A DNA stretch of 26,410 nucleotides from an uncultured archaeon (GCA_964426185.1 CAYRPF010000041.1:1-26410), one strand, 5' to 3'; numbered from the stretch's first letter, positions 7,499 to 17,323 are shown. The notes: generated by a model from the letters alone, not told the origin. Translations and numbers: made by a program.

Positions 7499-7778
7499 TA
7501 AGCTGAATTCATGTTTTTTTTCTTTAATCGAGTTTTAGCGATCCAACATTGCCTGGGCGCCATGCAGCCTTATTGACTTATTAAGAAAATTTTTATTCAA
7601 TTCCTTTGATTCTTACATTATTCAATTATAGGAATGCCAAAAATGCAAAATATAGATTTACCGAAATTTACAAAAGATATTTACGAAAGAATCTCCGAAG
7701 AACTAAAAAATCCATTCAAAAATGCCGAGTATTCCGGGAAAACATAACATCATTTTCAAAGTTACTAAATAATGATAC

Positions 7779-7830
7779 CCTTCAGTTAGGTAAATGGAAT
7801 TCCTTCAGTTAGGTAAATGGAATTTCTTCA
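7779..7830. repeat. 23-bp tandem repeat CCTTCAGTTAGGTAAATGGAATT x2 plus partial third unit
   Basis: Exact copies at 7779-7801 and 7802-7824, followed by TCTTCA. Confidence 0.92.
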
Positions 7831-7997
7831 TGAATTATATCGAATATATCCTTCTTAGCTTCTTACCTTATATGTATTTTATTCTGCCATTTTGTGTTCT
7901 TTTGGCATATTTTATAAAGAAAATTTTACCATTTCACTCTTTTTTGAAATAAAAAGCTGAGTATTTATAAGATCTCCTTCCAAAAGATACATATTTT

Positions 7998-10643
7998 ATG
8001 ACTAGTTCGGGAAATTTGGATCTCAACTTTTCATCGGGTATCCCTGCGTTAGATGACGTCCTTCATGGCATTTTACCAGGAGACAATGTGGTGCTTAAAG
8101 TCGACGTGATTGAAGAATTTATCCCATTTGCGCATCGCTTTGCTCATTATTGCCACGAAAATAGAAAAGATTTGATCTATTTTCGTTATGCTCAACATGA
8201 TCATTTGATACCAAAGGATGTCAAAGCCCATATCTATGAACTTTCTCCAGAAAAAGGTTTTGAAAATTTTATTTCTCAAATAATTAGCGTGATTGAAGAA
8301 TTTGGGCGTGGGGCATGTTATATCTTTGATTCCCTCAGTGATTTATCTGTCGGGTGGTATTCAGATGTCATGTTAAGCAATTTTTTTATGCTAACTTGCC
8401 CTTATCTTTTTAAATTTGACACGGTTGCCTATTTTGCAGTATTTCGGAACCGTCATCACCAAAACACTATTACTCATATTCAAAATACCGCCCAAGTCGT
8501 CCTTGACATATATGAAAATAGCAGCAACCTCTATATTCGTCCTGTCAAAGTCTATAATCGATATAGCCAAACACTTTATATGCTCCACAAATGGTACAAC
8601 ACCCCAGAATTAGGTGAAGTTGTCAAACCAGTAAGGCAGAGCGCAATTATTGCAAAAACGTTAGAAAAACGATTACACCCATGGCTCGATGCAACCAATC
8701 GACGACCTGATTTCTGGCATATTACCTTCAATCGAGCTCAAGAAACCTTAGAAGGAATTTTATTGGGAGAAATTTCTCCAGTTCAAGCCCAAACCTTTAA
8801 AAATCGTTTATTGCAGATGGCAATAGTGCGTGATGACCTCCTCTTTATTTTAGCGGTTCAATATTTAGAATTAGAAGATCTGTTAGAGATCGGGAAACGG
8901 TTAATCGGAACGGGGTTTATTGGAGGCAAATCTGTTGGGATGATTTTAGCTCAAGCAATTCTTCGTAAAACGGATCCTAAATGGAATGACATCTTGGAAC
9001 CCCAAGACTCTTTTTTTATCGGATCAGAAGTCTTTTACACTTACCTGGTGGTAAACGATTGTTGGTGGATGCGCCGGAAACTCTCCCACCATGCAACATT
9101 TCTTGAAGGAGTTGAAGCGACCCAACAGAAAATTCTCTCGGGTGAATTCCCCGATTATATCATTCAACAATTTCAAAGTATGCTAGAGTATTTCGGTCAA
9201 TCACCTATTATTGTCCGTTCCAGTAGTTTACAAGAAGACGCCTACGGAAATTCTTTTTCAGGGAAATATGAAAGCATTTTCTTAGCGAATCAAGGACCTC
9301 CAGAAGAACGTCTAAAAAATTTTCTCCAAGCAATCAAAACGGTATATGCAAGTACTATTAGTCGGGATGCTTTGACCTATCGAAAGAGCAGAGGGTTATT
9401 AGAATCTGACGAACAAATGGCAATTCTTGTCCAACGAGTTTCTGGAGCAATTTATGGCGATTATTTTATGCCACAAGCCGCAGGGGTCGGATTTTCATTT
9501 AACCCTTATGTTTGGGATCATCGGATTGACCCAAAAGCGGGTGTCTTACGCCTTGTCCTTGGATTAGGAACACGTGCCGTAGATAGGACAGATGATGACT
9601 ACACACGCGTGGTTGCTTTAAGCAATCCAAAACTCCGGGTAGAAGATAAATTTGACGATATTCGGAATAATTCACAACAACGTTTAGATGTTTTAGACCT
9701 TCGTGTAAATCGGTTCATTACATATCCATTTCGTAAACTACTGGAAAAATTAGAAGATTTTCCCATTGAATTTTTTGCCATTCATGACGTAGAATTGATA
9801 GAACGGATGGAGAAACTTGGAAGAGAAGTGAAATTTGCGTGGGTACTTACATTTGATAATCTACTCACAAAAACTCGATTCACTGAAGATATGCGAGATA
9901 TGTTGCGAACTTTGCAAAATGCATATCAATGTCCCGTGGATATCGAATTTACAGTGAATTTTTACAATGAAAAGGATTATAATATAAACCTTCTTCAATG
10001 TCGACCGTTCCAAATAAAGCGTGAAATCAAAAAAATTGAATCTCCTGGTCAAATTGACGAAAAAGATTTAATGTTAGCTACGGAAGGACCAATTATTGGG
10101 ACTAGTCTTGCAGTCACTATCGATCGAATTATATATGTCGTCCCTTCAGTTTATGGAAAACTCCCGATTCGAGAACGTCACGCAGTTGCACGATTGATTG
10201 GAAAGATAAATCAAACCCCGGTAGGTGGTTCAGGGCGAGTCCTTCTTTTAGGGCCTGGAAGGTGGGGTACGTCTTCACCAAGTTTAGGGATCCCCGTGAA
10301 TTTTGCCGAAATTAATAATGTTTCGATCATTGGTGAAATGGCTGAAATGCATGAAGGATTAATCCCGGATCTCTCGTTAGGTACCCATTTCTTCAACAAC
10401 TTAGTCGAATTAGATATGTTATATTTCGCCATTCACCCAGAAAAGGCGAATAATTTTATCAATCGAGCGCTGTTTGAACAAAGTAAAAATCGATTGACAG
10501 AACTCCTCAGTGGTGTTGAAAATTGGAAAGACGCAATCAAAGTCATTGATGTCGCCGACGCTTTTCCAAATAAGGCCCTTGCTGTAAATTTCAACACAGT
10601 GAATCAAAAAGGTTATTGTTACTTGATGGATAGAGCAAAGTAA
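7998..10643 (+). CDS. PEP/pyruvate-binding (PPDK_N, ATP-grasp) domain protein with N-terminal degenerate KaiC/RecA-like domain
   Basis: N-terminal FSSGIPALDDVLHGILPGDNVV and IFDSLSDL. PPDK_N motifs IGGKSVGM, PIIVRSSSLQEDAYGNSFSGKYES, MAILVQRV, PVDIEF and LLQCRP. C-terminal GPGRWG and GTHFF. Confidence 0.85.
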   Translation: MTSSGNLDLNFSSGIPALDDVLHGILPGDNVVLKVDVIEEFIPFAHRFAHYCHENRKDLIYFRYAQHDHLIPKDVKAHIYELSPEKGFENFISQIISVIEEFGRGACYIFDSLSDLSVGWYSDVMLSNFFMLTCPYLFKFDTVAYFAVFRNRHHQNTITHIQNTAQVVLDIYENSSNLYIRPVKVYNRYSQTLYMLHKWYNTPELGEVVKPVRQSAIIAKTLEKRLHPWLDATNRRPDFWHITFNRAQETLEGILLGEISPVQAQTFKNRLLQMAIVRDDLLFILAVQYLELEDLLEIGKRLIGTGFIGGKSVGMILAQAILRKTDPKWNDILEPQDSFFIGSEVFYTYLVVNDCWWMRRKLSHHATFLEGVEATQQKILSGEFPDYIIQQFQSMLEYFGQSPIIVRSSSLQEDAYGNSFSGKYESIFLANQGPPEERLKNFLQAIKTVYASTISRDALTYRKSRGLLESDEQMAILVQRVSGAIYGDYFMPQAAGVGFSFNPYVWDHRIDPKAGVLRLVLGLGTRAVDRTDDDYTRVVALSNPKLRVEDKFDDIRNNSQQRLDVLDLRVNRFITYPFRKLLEKLEDFPIEFFAIHDVELIERMEKLGREVKFAWVLTFDNLLTKTRFTEDMRDMLRTLQNAYQCPVDIEFTVNFYNEKDYNINLLQCRPFQIKREIKKIESPGQIDEKDLMLATEGPIIGTSLAVTIDRIIYVVPSVYGKLPIRERHAVARLIGKINQTPVGGSGRVLLLGPGRWGTSSPSLGIPVNFAEINNVSIIGEMAEMHEGLIPDLSLGTHFFNNLVELDMLYFAIHPEKANNFINRALFEQSKNRLTELLSGVENWKDAIKVIDVADAFPNKALAVNFNTVNQKGYCYLMDRAK

Positions 10644-10687
10644 ACCAACAATTTTAAGAATCACTTCATGATAGCCGTACCTTGTAA

Positions 10688-12103
10688 TTAAAAATAGTAT
10701 ACAGGAATCCATAGCATGGTAAAATCATCGTGTTTTTCAATTTTAAAGACATTTAAGGTAGCAACAAAAGCCAATTTAATTCCGTACTCCCTAATGAATG
10801 AATAGAATCCGCGTGAAACCTTTTTTCCACCGAGTTTTACTTCAATTGGAATAAGAAGAGAATTACTTTTACTCACTAAAACAAAATCTACTTCAGTTTT
10901 GTTAGTGGTGCGCCAATATTTTACTTCGTAACCTTCCAAATATGGCATAAGTTTTTTCAATAATTCTCCAAATACAAAATTTTCTAGTAAACACCCCTTT
11001 TCGGGGCCGCTCCGATTATCAAACGGTGTGAAATTAGATATCAGAGCATTTCTAATCCCATGATCAAGAAAGTAGATTTTTTCTTGCTTTCTTAATTCAT
11101 TTCTCAAATTTTTGTGATATGGACTAAGTAAATGGATGATATAACTGTGTTGCAAAATTTCAAGATATGAATCAACAGTATTTCGTGATAGATGGAGCTC
11201 TGAAGATATTTCTGAATTTACTACAAAACCACCAGGTTGAGTTGCTAAAAGCGTGCTTAATTTGAAGAACTTAGTGCTATCACGTATTTTGAAGAATGAA
11301 ATGATGTCTTTTTCTAAGTATAAAGTAATTATGTTTTGAAGAATCGTTTTTTTCAATTCACCATCTGATGTTTTAATTACTTCAGGATATCCCCCCCAAA
11401 TCATGTATTCTTTTAAAAGTGCAATTACTTCATCGACAAAGGCGGGTTTGGGCATTTTGTCAATTATTTCATGGAGTAAATCATAGTTTTTTTCTTTATC
11501 TTTATCTTTAAGCAATTCGAGAGTTTTAACAATTTTTTCAAGCCCCTTTTTTCGATTGTCAATTATTTTACGAAGCCCAGTATCCCGTGCTTCAACAAAT
11601 TCACAAAAAGAGAAGCTATAAAGGTTAAAAAGGAAAAGGCGTCCTACCAACGAAGGTAGAATTCTTTTTCTAATTTCCAAAGAAGATGATCCCGAAAAAA
11701 TAATTTTAATGTGCGGGAATTCATCATATAGAAATTTTAGAATCATTCCAGCATTTTCGACATTTTGTATTTCATCCAAAAACAAATACAGTCTATTCTC
11801 ATTTCCACCATATCTTTCAATAATTGCCAATGGATTTTGTTGTAATTCTTCTCTCAAATTCATAAAATCGAGGTTTAGAAATACTATTTTTATTTTAGAA
11901 GAAGTATTTTCTAATTTTTTTGGGTTTTCAAAATCATTACAATTTCCTACTTTTTTTAGATTTTCCAATTTTTCTTGCAAAATCTTCAACAATGTAGTCT
12001 TACCAACTTGCCTTGCGCCTCTAAGCCCCAAAATTTCCTTTCGATCGATGAATTTCATCAATTTATTCAGCAAATCCCTACTATACGGCATATTTTCATA
12101 CAT
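10688..12103 (-). CDS. AAA_14 ATPase with DUF4143 / C-terminal PD-(D/E)XK-like domain (COG1373 family)
   Basis: GARQVGKTT, LFLDEIQ, SGSSS, GGYPE, KIYFLDHG, LLENFV, YWRT..EVDFV..IPIEVK. Confidence 0.9.
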   Translation of the reverse strand: MYENMPYSRDLLNKLMKFIDRKEILGLRGARQVGKTTLLKILQEKLENLKKVGNCNDFENPKKLENTSSKIKIVFLNLDFMNLREELQQNPLAIIERYGGNENRLYLFLDEIQNVENAGMILKFLYDEFPHIKIIFSGSSSLEIRKRILPSLVGRLFLFNLYSFSFCEFVEARDTGLRKIIDNRKKGLEKIVKTLELLKDKDKEKNYDLLHEIIDKMPKPAFVDEVIALLKEYMIWGGYPEVIKTSDGELKKTILQNIITLYLEKDIISFFKIRDSTKFFKLSTLLATQPGGFVVNSEISSELHLSRNTVDSYLEILQHSYIIHLLSPYHKNLRNELRKQEKIYFLDHGIRNALISNFTPFDNRSGPEKGCLLENFVFGELLKKLMPYLEGYEVKYWRTTNKTEVDFVLVSKSNSLLIPIEVKLGGKKVSRGFYSFIREYGIKLAFVATLNVFKIEKHDDFTMLWIPVYYF

Positions 12104-12377
12104 TCCTTAATTTTTTAACAGTTATTAGGGAATAATTTCTTTTTTTTTAGGTATTTGATTACTATATGTTTTAAAAAACTAAATTATTTGATCACTATAT
12201 TATTCAAATAAGTAATAAAAATATTAGAATATATGTATTTGTATTATGATAATAAGCAACAAGAATTCTATAGGGTCAGTAAGTGTTTTAAATTAAACAA
12301 ATTTATCAAAACCCGAGTAATTCTCTATCTAATATATTACCCAATATATTGGAAATCCAAGGAGTGAATAATCTACG

Positions 12378-12545
12378 ATGGAAAATAAAAAAGAACGAAT
12401 TAAGCACACCCACACTCGATATTATCAGAATAAGCAGTATTCTACGAAAATGCCAGAGCAACAACCAATCAAACAGTGTCCCGTCTGTGGAACCGAGTTA
12501 GAAGGCGATTACTGTCCGACTTGCGATGATGTAGTTTCTCTTTAA
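12378..12545 (+). CDS. 55-aa Zn-ribbon microprotein (not in ORF track)
   Basis: MENKKERIKH...KQCPVCGTELEGDYCPTCDDVVSL. GGAGTGA RBS at 12361-12367; hairpin CTCGATT-GG-AATCGAG at 12547-12562 after the stop. Confidence 0.75.
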   Translation: MENKKERIKHTHTRYYQNKQYSTKMPEQQPIKQCPVCGTELEGDYCPTCDDVVSL

Positions 12546-12655
12546 TCTCGATTGGAATCGAGGTAAACTCCAGGAAGAATTTTGTTAAAAATACCCATTT
12601 GTTAAATAAAAGAAAGTTAAAAATAATAAAAAATATAAGAAAATACTTAGATAAC

Positions 12656-12901
12656 TTAATATCTATCGTAATTTCGTTGGGAAGGGGCCTTCTCAGTAAC
12701 TACTACGTTCTGAGCTTCTAAACCCTTTTGACCCTGTCGGGTTTCGAATTCCACTTTATCGTTTTCATTCATTGAAGCGAATTCATCGCCATCGACCTTA
12801 ATTGCCGAATAATGTACAAAAACATCCTTGTCTCCTTCATCAGGAGTGATAAAACCAAAGCCCTTGCGGGCGTTAAACCATTTTACTGTTCCAGTTGCCA
12901 T
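12656..12901 (-). CDS. csp: Cold-shock protein (CspA family)
   Basis: [27 protein letters not shown] (RNP1/RNP2) and [13 protein letters not shown] at 12901 preferred over GTG at 12910. Confidence 0.95.
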   Translation of the reverse strand: MATGTVKWFNARKGFGFITPDEGDKDVFVHYSAIKVDGDEFASMNENDKVEFETRQGQKGLEAQNVVVTEKAPSQRNYDRY

Positions 12902-13127
12902 AATTTTCACGTCATTTGGATGATACTTCTTCTTTCTCCCAGAAATCGGATATAAAAAGCCGAAACTGGTTGATCGAAGAAGATCTTATATTGTAGATAA
13001 AATATCAAACAGAATCAGAAGATTGCGCATGAAGGTAGTACAAAGGATTGAAAAATCAGATGTCGAACCCACTAACGAATATTTCTAGAACCGAAAGTTT
13101 TTACCTAAGAAGTAGAGTGTGGAATTG

Positions 13128-13142
13128 CTATAAAACCTTTCG
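13128..13142 (-). promoter_or_regulatory. Putative BRE/TATA promoter of the cold-shock gene
   Basis: Minus strand CGAAAGG-TTTTATAG, a BRE+TATA-like arrangement about 230 nt upstream of the start codon. Confidence 0.5.
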
Positions 13143-13232
13143 ATTTTAAAAAATTTGGGAGATTCGAATTTAATTATAATATAAAAGGTATAATTCGTCT
13201 AAAAAATCTTAGTTAACTCAAAAATCGGGGAT

Positions 13233-13739
13233 TTAAGTAAAAATTTTATTCCAGATTTCGCGTAATCGTTCTTTAAAATTCCCTGATTTGATTTTAGATA
13301 AATATTGATCAACTTGAGTCTGCAATTTAGCTTCAAATGGGGCAAATAAATCAAGATTTCCATCCCAATTTTTTAATTGATGAATTGGATAATTAGCAAC
13401 AAATGCATCCAAAGCATTTTCTGCTTCGTTCCGAATATTCAGCTTTTTTACTTTAGAATCAAGTAATGCAAAAATCATCAGAGGCATTCCTTCATAGGTT
13501 TTAACCAAAGTATAAATATCCGAGCTGCCCGTAGAGAAATAAAACTCTTCGGTTTCACCCATATAATTTTCGCAAAAGGTATGAACTGCGGAAAGAAAGG
13601 GAATCATCGTATTTTCATTTATATTAAAGTCGATTTTCAAAGTTACAAATGGAATACCTGCTTTATTGCTGATAATAACTGCACGTACCCCCAATGAATC
13701 GGGTAAAGGTGATTTATTGGAAGAAATGGTCTTTGACAT
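13233..13739 (-). CDS. Longin-like domain protein (Asgard eukaryotic signature protein)
   Basis: VRAVIISNKAGIPF, FLSAVHTFCE, ALDAFVANY and WDGNLDLFAPFE follow the pattern of Asgard longin/roadblock-related proteins. Confidence 0.7.
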   Translation of the reverse strand: MSKTISSNKSPLPDSLGVRAVIISNKAGIPFVTLKIDFNINENTMIPFLSAVHTFCENYMGETEEFYFSTGSSDIYTLVKTYEGMPLMIFALLDSKVKKLNIRNEAENALDAFVANYPIHQLKNWDGNLDLFAPFEAKLQTQVDQYLSKIKSGNFKERLREIWNKIFT

Positions 13740-13851
13740 ATAATATCACTGGATTCAATCTATTGAAGATAATGTATTAGCAATGTAGAAACAGTATAAT
13801 CGATAGTAATACTATTCTTAATTCAAAATGCCCAAAAAACTTTCTTCTCTT

Positions 13852-14058
13852 TTAATCCGGTTTTGAGAAGTAAACATCAGGTCGATACGGTGCGTGATAT
13901 TCTTTTCGTAGGTGTTTTATATTATAATCGCCTTTCTGTCCAATTTCTACAATTTCAACCCCTCCACAGCGTAAACATTGTTCAGGTTTCTCCAAATAAC
14001 CGGTTAAAATGCTTCCACATCGCGGGCAAAAATAATGAATATCAGACAATGACTTCAC
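13852..14058 (-). CDS. Small Zn-ribbon protein, 68 aa
   Basis: YFCPRCG...PEQCLRCGG; GTG start. Confidence 0.7.
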   Translation of the reverse strand: MKSLSDIHYFCPRCGSILTGYLEKPEQCLRCGGVEIVEIGQKGDYNIKHLRKEYHAPYRPDVYFSKPD

Positions 14059-14258
14059 TTAGAAAGAAATATAGCTTCAGAGGTTAAAAATTTATATTCA
14101 CCTTTTATTCTTATAAAAAAGTTTCTGCCAATAAATGGGCTCTACAATCTTTTAAGGAAGAATTTGATTTATTTAACATAAGGAACATAATTTCTAAATT
14201 TATTGGTAATGAAATAAATAAAAATTAATAATTTAACCCTACTGGGGAATGAAAAAAT

Positions 14259-14711
14259 ATGAAATTTTGTCACAACTGCGGTGGAAAAGTAGAAGAAAAT
14301 GTCAAATTTTGCCCTTATTGCGGAACACAACTTGAAAATTCAGAAACCAGAACTTTGCATGATTCAAATGCTAAAGTATACACTAGCGCTGATCCAAATT
14401 CGACCCTAAATTCAAGCCCAAGCTCAAGTTCAAACTATAGCACTTCTCAATCCAGGACCGTTTTTGAAGGTAATCGAAAGGATCGTATTGTAGCCGCCTT
14501 ATTAGCTATCTTTTTAGGTGGATTTGGAGTGCACAAATTCTATTTAGGAAATATTACTATGGGAATTATTTACCTTATTCTCTCCTTTACTGGAATACCA
14601 GAAATAATTGGATTTATTGAGGGAATCATTTATTTGACCAAAAATGATGAAGAATTCTATCGAGATCATGTCTTACCTATTGAAGAAAAAAGAGCTAGTT
14701 TAATGTCTTAG
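14259..14711 (+). CDS. Zn-ribbon + TM2 (NINE) domain membrane protein
   Basis: CHNCG..FCPYCG, Ser-rich linker, KDRIVAALLAIFLGGFGVHKFYLG. Confidence 0.9.
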   Translation: MKFCHNCGGKVEENVKFCPYCGTQLENSETRTLHDSNAKVYTSADPNSTLNSSPSSSSNYSTSQSRTVFEGNRKDRIVAALLAIFLGGFGVHKFYLGNITMGIIYLILSFTGIPEIIGFIEGIIYLTKNDEEFYRDHVLPIEEKRASLMS

Positions 14712-15040
14712 TTTTTTGGATTTGTTCTTTTAAATCAGAGGATCAAATATTTTCCCAGAAAGAAGCATGCTTCAATTTTCGGAACTCATGATAAGAATCC
14801 AACTTCTACGTTTTTATTTCGGGTCAAGGAATAGATTGGACAAATCAAAATCTTTAAGTACCCACAATCCTTTAATTCGTTAACTTTGAGAATAATAAAT
14901 ACAAGAAATTCTTGAAGTTAGGTGAGAAAACAAAAGTGTAATGAACTCTGTTTAAACGCCCGATGATCTGAATTTCTTAATGATTCGGAATTAATCGGAC
15001 ACCCCAAAATGGGCATTGTCCAAAAAAGGAGGAAGATCTA

Positions 15041-16066
15041 ATGAAAATGAATTATTTTATTTTACAGAAAGTGGTGGACAATCGTCCCGTTGTGGAACAA
15101 TTTTCTGTCTCATTAGATGATTTACGTAATGGCATGCATCCTGATAATATCAAAGAAAAATGCATGTGCTGCTTTTTAGATATCAATTTCGAAAATGAAA
15201 TTCAAGAAATTGAAGATGTCAAACGAAATACTGATTTACTGGATTTAACGGTATTATTAGATATTTCCTTGGATACATTAGAAGAAATCATTGAAGATAG
15301 CAGGCCTCGGTTGGATGATTATATTTCTTACATGCTGATTTTATTCAAAAGCATTAAAACTCATCCGAAAGAACGCGATGAGAAGAAGGAAAATCAGGTT
15401 GGTCTTTTGGTTTATGAAAATGTGGTCATTTCAATACATATTGAAGAGGTTATTCCTATTCCGCGTTTGTTTCAATATTTTCGTAAAAACCCCATGAAAC
15501 TCATTAAAGGTCAGATAACCTACATGATTTCGCGCTATATGGACCTTTTAATTGATCAAACGATAGATGTAATTGAAGACTGGAGAAGATTTGCAGAAGA
15601 AATTGAACAGAAAATCCTTGCCCATAAAATATCCAATGAGGATGAATTATTAGAGCGTTTGGTGGGCATTAGGCAATCAATTTTCGATACAATGAAAATT
15701 TTGAAAGCAGATAGAGAGGTATTAGTTTCCATGACTGATACTTCAATGATGCACTTCAATCGAACATATATTCCGCGGGAATTAGATGACCACGTTCGAC
15801 ATGAAATTGATGAGTTGGATATTTTGCGTCAGATTATTTCTGACTTAATGAATCTTTATTTCAACGCGGAATCCAGCAAGCTTAATTCAACCTTAGCCCG
15901 ATTTACCTTTGCTACTTCGATTTTATTGGTTCCAACAATAATAACAGGAATCTTCGGAATGAATAATAAAGAATTTCCCAATTTAAGCTTCTGGGCTGCT
16001 TGTGGCATCATGGCTGTTAGCATGGGAATACTTTGGATTTACTTTAAGATGAAAAAGCTAATTTAA
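15041..16066 (+). CDS. corA: CorA family Mg2+/Co2+ transporter
   Basis: RPRLDDY, two C-terminal TM helices with PTIITGIFGMN, KMKKLI tail; AGGAGG RBS at 15027-15032. Confidence 0.92.
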   Translation: MKMNYFILQKVVDNRPVVEQFSVSLDDLRNGMHPDNIKEKCMCCFLDINFENEIQEIEDVKRNTDLLDLTVLLDISLDTLEEIIEDSRPRLDDYISYMLILFKSIKTHPKERDEKKENQVGLLVYENVVISIHIEEVIPIPRLFQYFRKNPMKLIKGQITYMISRYMDLLIDQTIDVIEDWRRFAEEIEQKILAHKISNEDELLERLVGIRQSIFDTMKILKADREVLVSMTDTSMMHFNRTYIPRELDDHVRHEIDELDILRQIISDLMNLYFNAESSKLNSTLARFTFATSILLVPTIITGIFGMNNKEFPNLSFWAACGIMAVSMGILWIYFKMKKLI

Positions 16067-16129
16067 GCGATCTAATTTAAAGTTATTATTTTTCAAAAAA
16101 TTCATTAGTTCCCGTGTGTGTTGATCAAT

Positions 16130-17239
16130 ATGGACGAGGGCGCGGATAAACCCGAATTGTCGCTTACTATTGGTTTATTGGGAGCAAATCACGAAATTAC
16201 AAAGTTGGTGGGAGAAGCATTAGGCTCTCCGGGACAACGTTCTGATTTACAATTTTACAACCGGTTGGATTCCTCATTAAATTGCGTTTTCACTGCGGTT
16301 GCCCCCATTGGTTATCCAGAAAAAGTTAAAAGTCTAATTCAGACATGCGCAGAAACTGAAATCCATGTAATGTGTGTGGACTGTTCCACTGGTATTACTC
16401 CTGAAATTGGAGAAATTATGGTTTTGATGGATATTTTTGCACAATATTACCAAACACACCCCATTGCGATAATCGGGGGGATTAATAAAAAAAATGAATG
16501 GCAAAAAGAAAATATCCAAGTCCAATTGTCGAAATTTACCGCTCAAACAAACTTGAAAGGTATGGAAATTTTATTTTTAGAGCAGCGAAGCGATTATGAT
16601 CATTTTAAAGAAAAATTATTTCAAGTGGGTAAAGTAATTGCCCAAAAACGTCAGACAACAGCAGATGAAAAATCTGAAGTCGTCAAAGTTCTGATTGATC
16701 ATGTTTTTCCTGTTAAAGGCGTAGGAACAGTGGTTTTGGGGTTAGTAAAACGTGGGGTGGTTCGAGCGGGAGAAATGTATGACCTTGCCCCTGTTCAAAA
16801 TAAAGTAATCCTAAGGTCCATTCAAAAATTTGATCGAGACTTTAAAACTGCATATGTGGGAGATCGTGTGGGATTAGCCCTAAAAGGAGTTAAAGCACCA
16901 GAATTGGATCGAAATACGGTGTTTTCCACATTAAATTCTATGGAAAAAACAGCAGAAGTTAAGGGAACTCTTAATGTATCACCGTTTTTCAAACCACAAC
17001 ATCCTAGTGGTTGTATTACCCCTGAAGATACTCGCAATTATCATCTTATAGTGGATCTGGCCATTTCTCCTATAAAACTTATAGATGGAGACGCAATAGC
17101 CCCTGGAAAACATGGGCACCTTCACCTCAAATTGGAAAAACCGTTGGTTCACGATAAAGAAGGGTTAAGAGGGATCATAGCAGAATTTGGTCCTTTTCAG
17201 AAAAAACTTCGAATTGTAGGATATTTTCACCAAGATTAA
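16130..17239 (+). CDS. SelB/EF-Tu-like protein with degenerate G domain (archaeal SelB-like family)
   Basis: EF-Tu domain II motifs VLIDHVFPVKGVGTVVLG, ILRSIQKFD and GDRVGLALKG; GYPEKVKSL. No GxxxxGK[ST] or NKxD motif. ATG 16130 chosen over GTG 16118. Confidence 0.8.
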   Translation: MDEGADKPELSLTIGLLGANHEITKLVGEALGSPGQRSDLQFYNRLDSSLNCVFTAVAPIGYPEKVKSLIQTCAETEIHVMCVDCSTGITPEIGEIMVLMDIFAQYYQTHPIAIIGGINKKNEWQKENIQVQLSKFTAQTNLKGMEILFLEQRSDYDHFKEKLFQVGKVIAQKRQTTADEKSEVVKVLIDHVFPVKGVGTVVLGLVKRGVVRAGEMYDLAPVQNKVILRSIQKFDRDFKTAYVGDRVGLALKGVKAPELDRNTVFSTLNSMEKTAEVKGTLNVSPFFKPQHPSGCITPEDTRNYHLIVDLAISPIKLIDGDAIAPGKHGHLHLKLEKPLVHDKEGLRGIIAEFGPFQKKLRIVGYFHQD

Positions 17240-17323
17240 AATATTATGCAAATATAAATATTTGCTAACTGGAATTGGCATCTAAAAATTTTAAATGTTC
17301 CAAGTATCTATCCTTATGTAGGT

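Noticed and set aside
7560-7569. CCATGCAGCC upstream of the SMC-NYN operon matches spacer positions 11-20 (CCATTCAGCC) at 9/10, a possible CreR-type target
   Set aside because: The match is short, lies mid-spacer rather than in the seed, and the flanks do not match; such a match is expected by chance.
7538-7569. GC-rich patch ending GGGCGCCA, resembling a tRNA 3' end or att site
   Set aside because: No T-loop or cloverleaf, no second copy and no integrase in the window.
7606-7812. 68-aa TTG ORF in the divergent intergenic region
   Set aside because: No RBS or motif, and it runs into the tandem repeat; likely spurious.
7779-7830. Tandem repeat as a CRISPR array
   Set aside because: Units are contiguous with no spacers.
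14941-15014. ATGA/CTGA motifs suggesting a C/D-box sRNA or SECIS
   Set aside because: Box spacing is wrong for C/D, no SECIS stem forms, and I saw no in-frame TGA selenoprotein nearby.
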